DNA of 64,000 nt. It comes from Camelus ferus (lineage: Eukaryota). Each line of letters starts with the position of its first letter. The first letter of the stretch is position 1. A program made the position numbers and the translations under genes. Shown here in pieces: positions 62,860 through 64,000 of the stretch. The stretch is from NCBI RefSeq assembly GCF_009834535.1, contig NC_045696.1:91638001-91702000 (forward strand), given 5' to 3'. The notes under the pieces were generated by a model. That model was given only the letters and a program-made list of their open reading frames with translations. It was not told the origin of the DNA and did no database searches.

Positions 62860-64000
62860 CAGTGGAGTCTTAGTTATTGCTCACACTCCCTGTAGTTGTA
62901 GATGTCAGTGAAAGGAAGGACTGAACTCAGGGATCCACATTCTATCCACACGTTGCTGGCTGTAAGCTCCAGGCTTATGCTCTTCTTGCTCTCATATCCT
63001 TTTAAATGATGGGATGCTTAGGTGGTAGATGCCTGTGACAGCTCGCCTTTCTCCACAGCCAATGTGACTTCATGTAGCTTTTATTTGCTTGGTTTTTGTT
63101 TGGTGCCCAAGGAAACCTCAAACAAATCTTCAGTATCAGCCACAAGACAGTGCTGACTGCAAAGGGATGCACGGCACGTTGCTGCGGACAAGTGGCCTTT
63201 CTCCCGCCGCAACCTGGTCACTTTAGAGTAGCTGAATAAAGAGCATCCAAAAAGGGGCCTTGGGAAGAAAGCTGCCATGTGAAATCGGAGGATGATCTTA
63301 AGGACGTGCAAGAATGCCAGCAGCTAGGGCGACTAGCAACTACTCTTTAGAATTTCTCTTCTCAGATTAAATCCTAGCAATGTCCTTTTTCGTTAATCTT
63401 TGTTTTTATTGCTTTATATCATATTCTGAAGTGAGAGAGAGAGAGAAACACAATATTCTACTGAGATGAATTGGATTTGGGGCTATTTTTTGCCCATATC
63501 TGTGAGCTACAGGTGCTGAATAGGGAACAGAGCAAATGTTCAAGGTTATGCACTTGCCTTTTGCAATTCAAATTAAGTGCACCTATCTTGCAATTTTTGT
63601 CCCTTGTTTTCAGCTGGTCTCTGTCATACTACCTCACTGTCAAACCAACCCTCTCCCCACCCCTCCCACCACCTTACTTCACCACTTAAGGAATGAGAAA
63701 ACATTCTGATTCACACTCTCACTAACCTATGCTCTACAAGAATCAATCGGCTTTCATTTTCACATAATGTAGCATGTTTACACAATTACCAACTACCCTG
63801 CCTGCATGGAGTGTTCTAATATTACAAAGTTCTTTATGTGAAAATCAGTTCACGTTTTTATCTGCCAGTTGAAACTGATAAGAATTTTGTTCCAATCTGT
63901 AAGAAGGCTTTATCCCTGCTCAACACTATAAAGTCCTCAAGATTTTATCCTTCTTGAATTATCTAAAGGTAGGGAGAGATTCAATTTGCTAACAGTCCTT

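Noticed and set aside
1..64000. CRISPR arrays, prokaryotic systems, or known miRNA/snoRNA genes
   Set aside because: The DNA is clearly mammalian. I saw no repeat-spacer array and no mature miRNA or snoRNA that I recognise; an Rfam or miRBase scan would be needed to exclude them formally.

Overview
This is mammalian genomic DNA, most likely camelid. The evidence is four tRNA-Ala-derived SINEs of the Vic-1 type, cetartiodactyl-style L1 3' ends, and no recognisable Alu, Bov-tA/BovB or PRE-1. I recognise no known protein-coding gene, and the six-frame ORFs look like chance ORFs or transposon remnants. The window looks like a regulatory, lncRNA-type region. It has several CpG-rich promoter or enhancer islands (about 1.8-2.7, 10.7-11.0, 19.5-19.8, 36.6-37.4, 41.9-42.3 and 56.9-57.1 kb) and several CTCF motifs. 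It also has many old repeats (MIR, L2, MLT1 LTRs, MER5, MER20, MER46C, MER103) and candidate spliced exons on both strands. The most distinctive unexplained structure is an ungapped 60-bp inverted repeat at 44118-44177 and 46223-46282 (55/60 identical, inner 30 bp perfect). It brackets about 2 kb with no recognisable repeat that contains a good splice acceptor. Other notable items are a phase-compatible minus-strand exon chain (possible 74-aa microprotein or lncRNA), adjacent Z-DNA and H-DNA tracts in the main CpG island, and an ARE/AP-1/TCF motif cluster. Repeat families were recognised from memory, not by a database search, and old-repeat boundaries are approximate.
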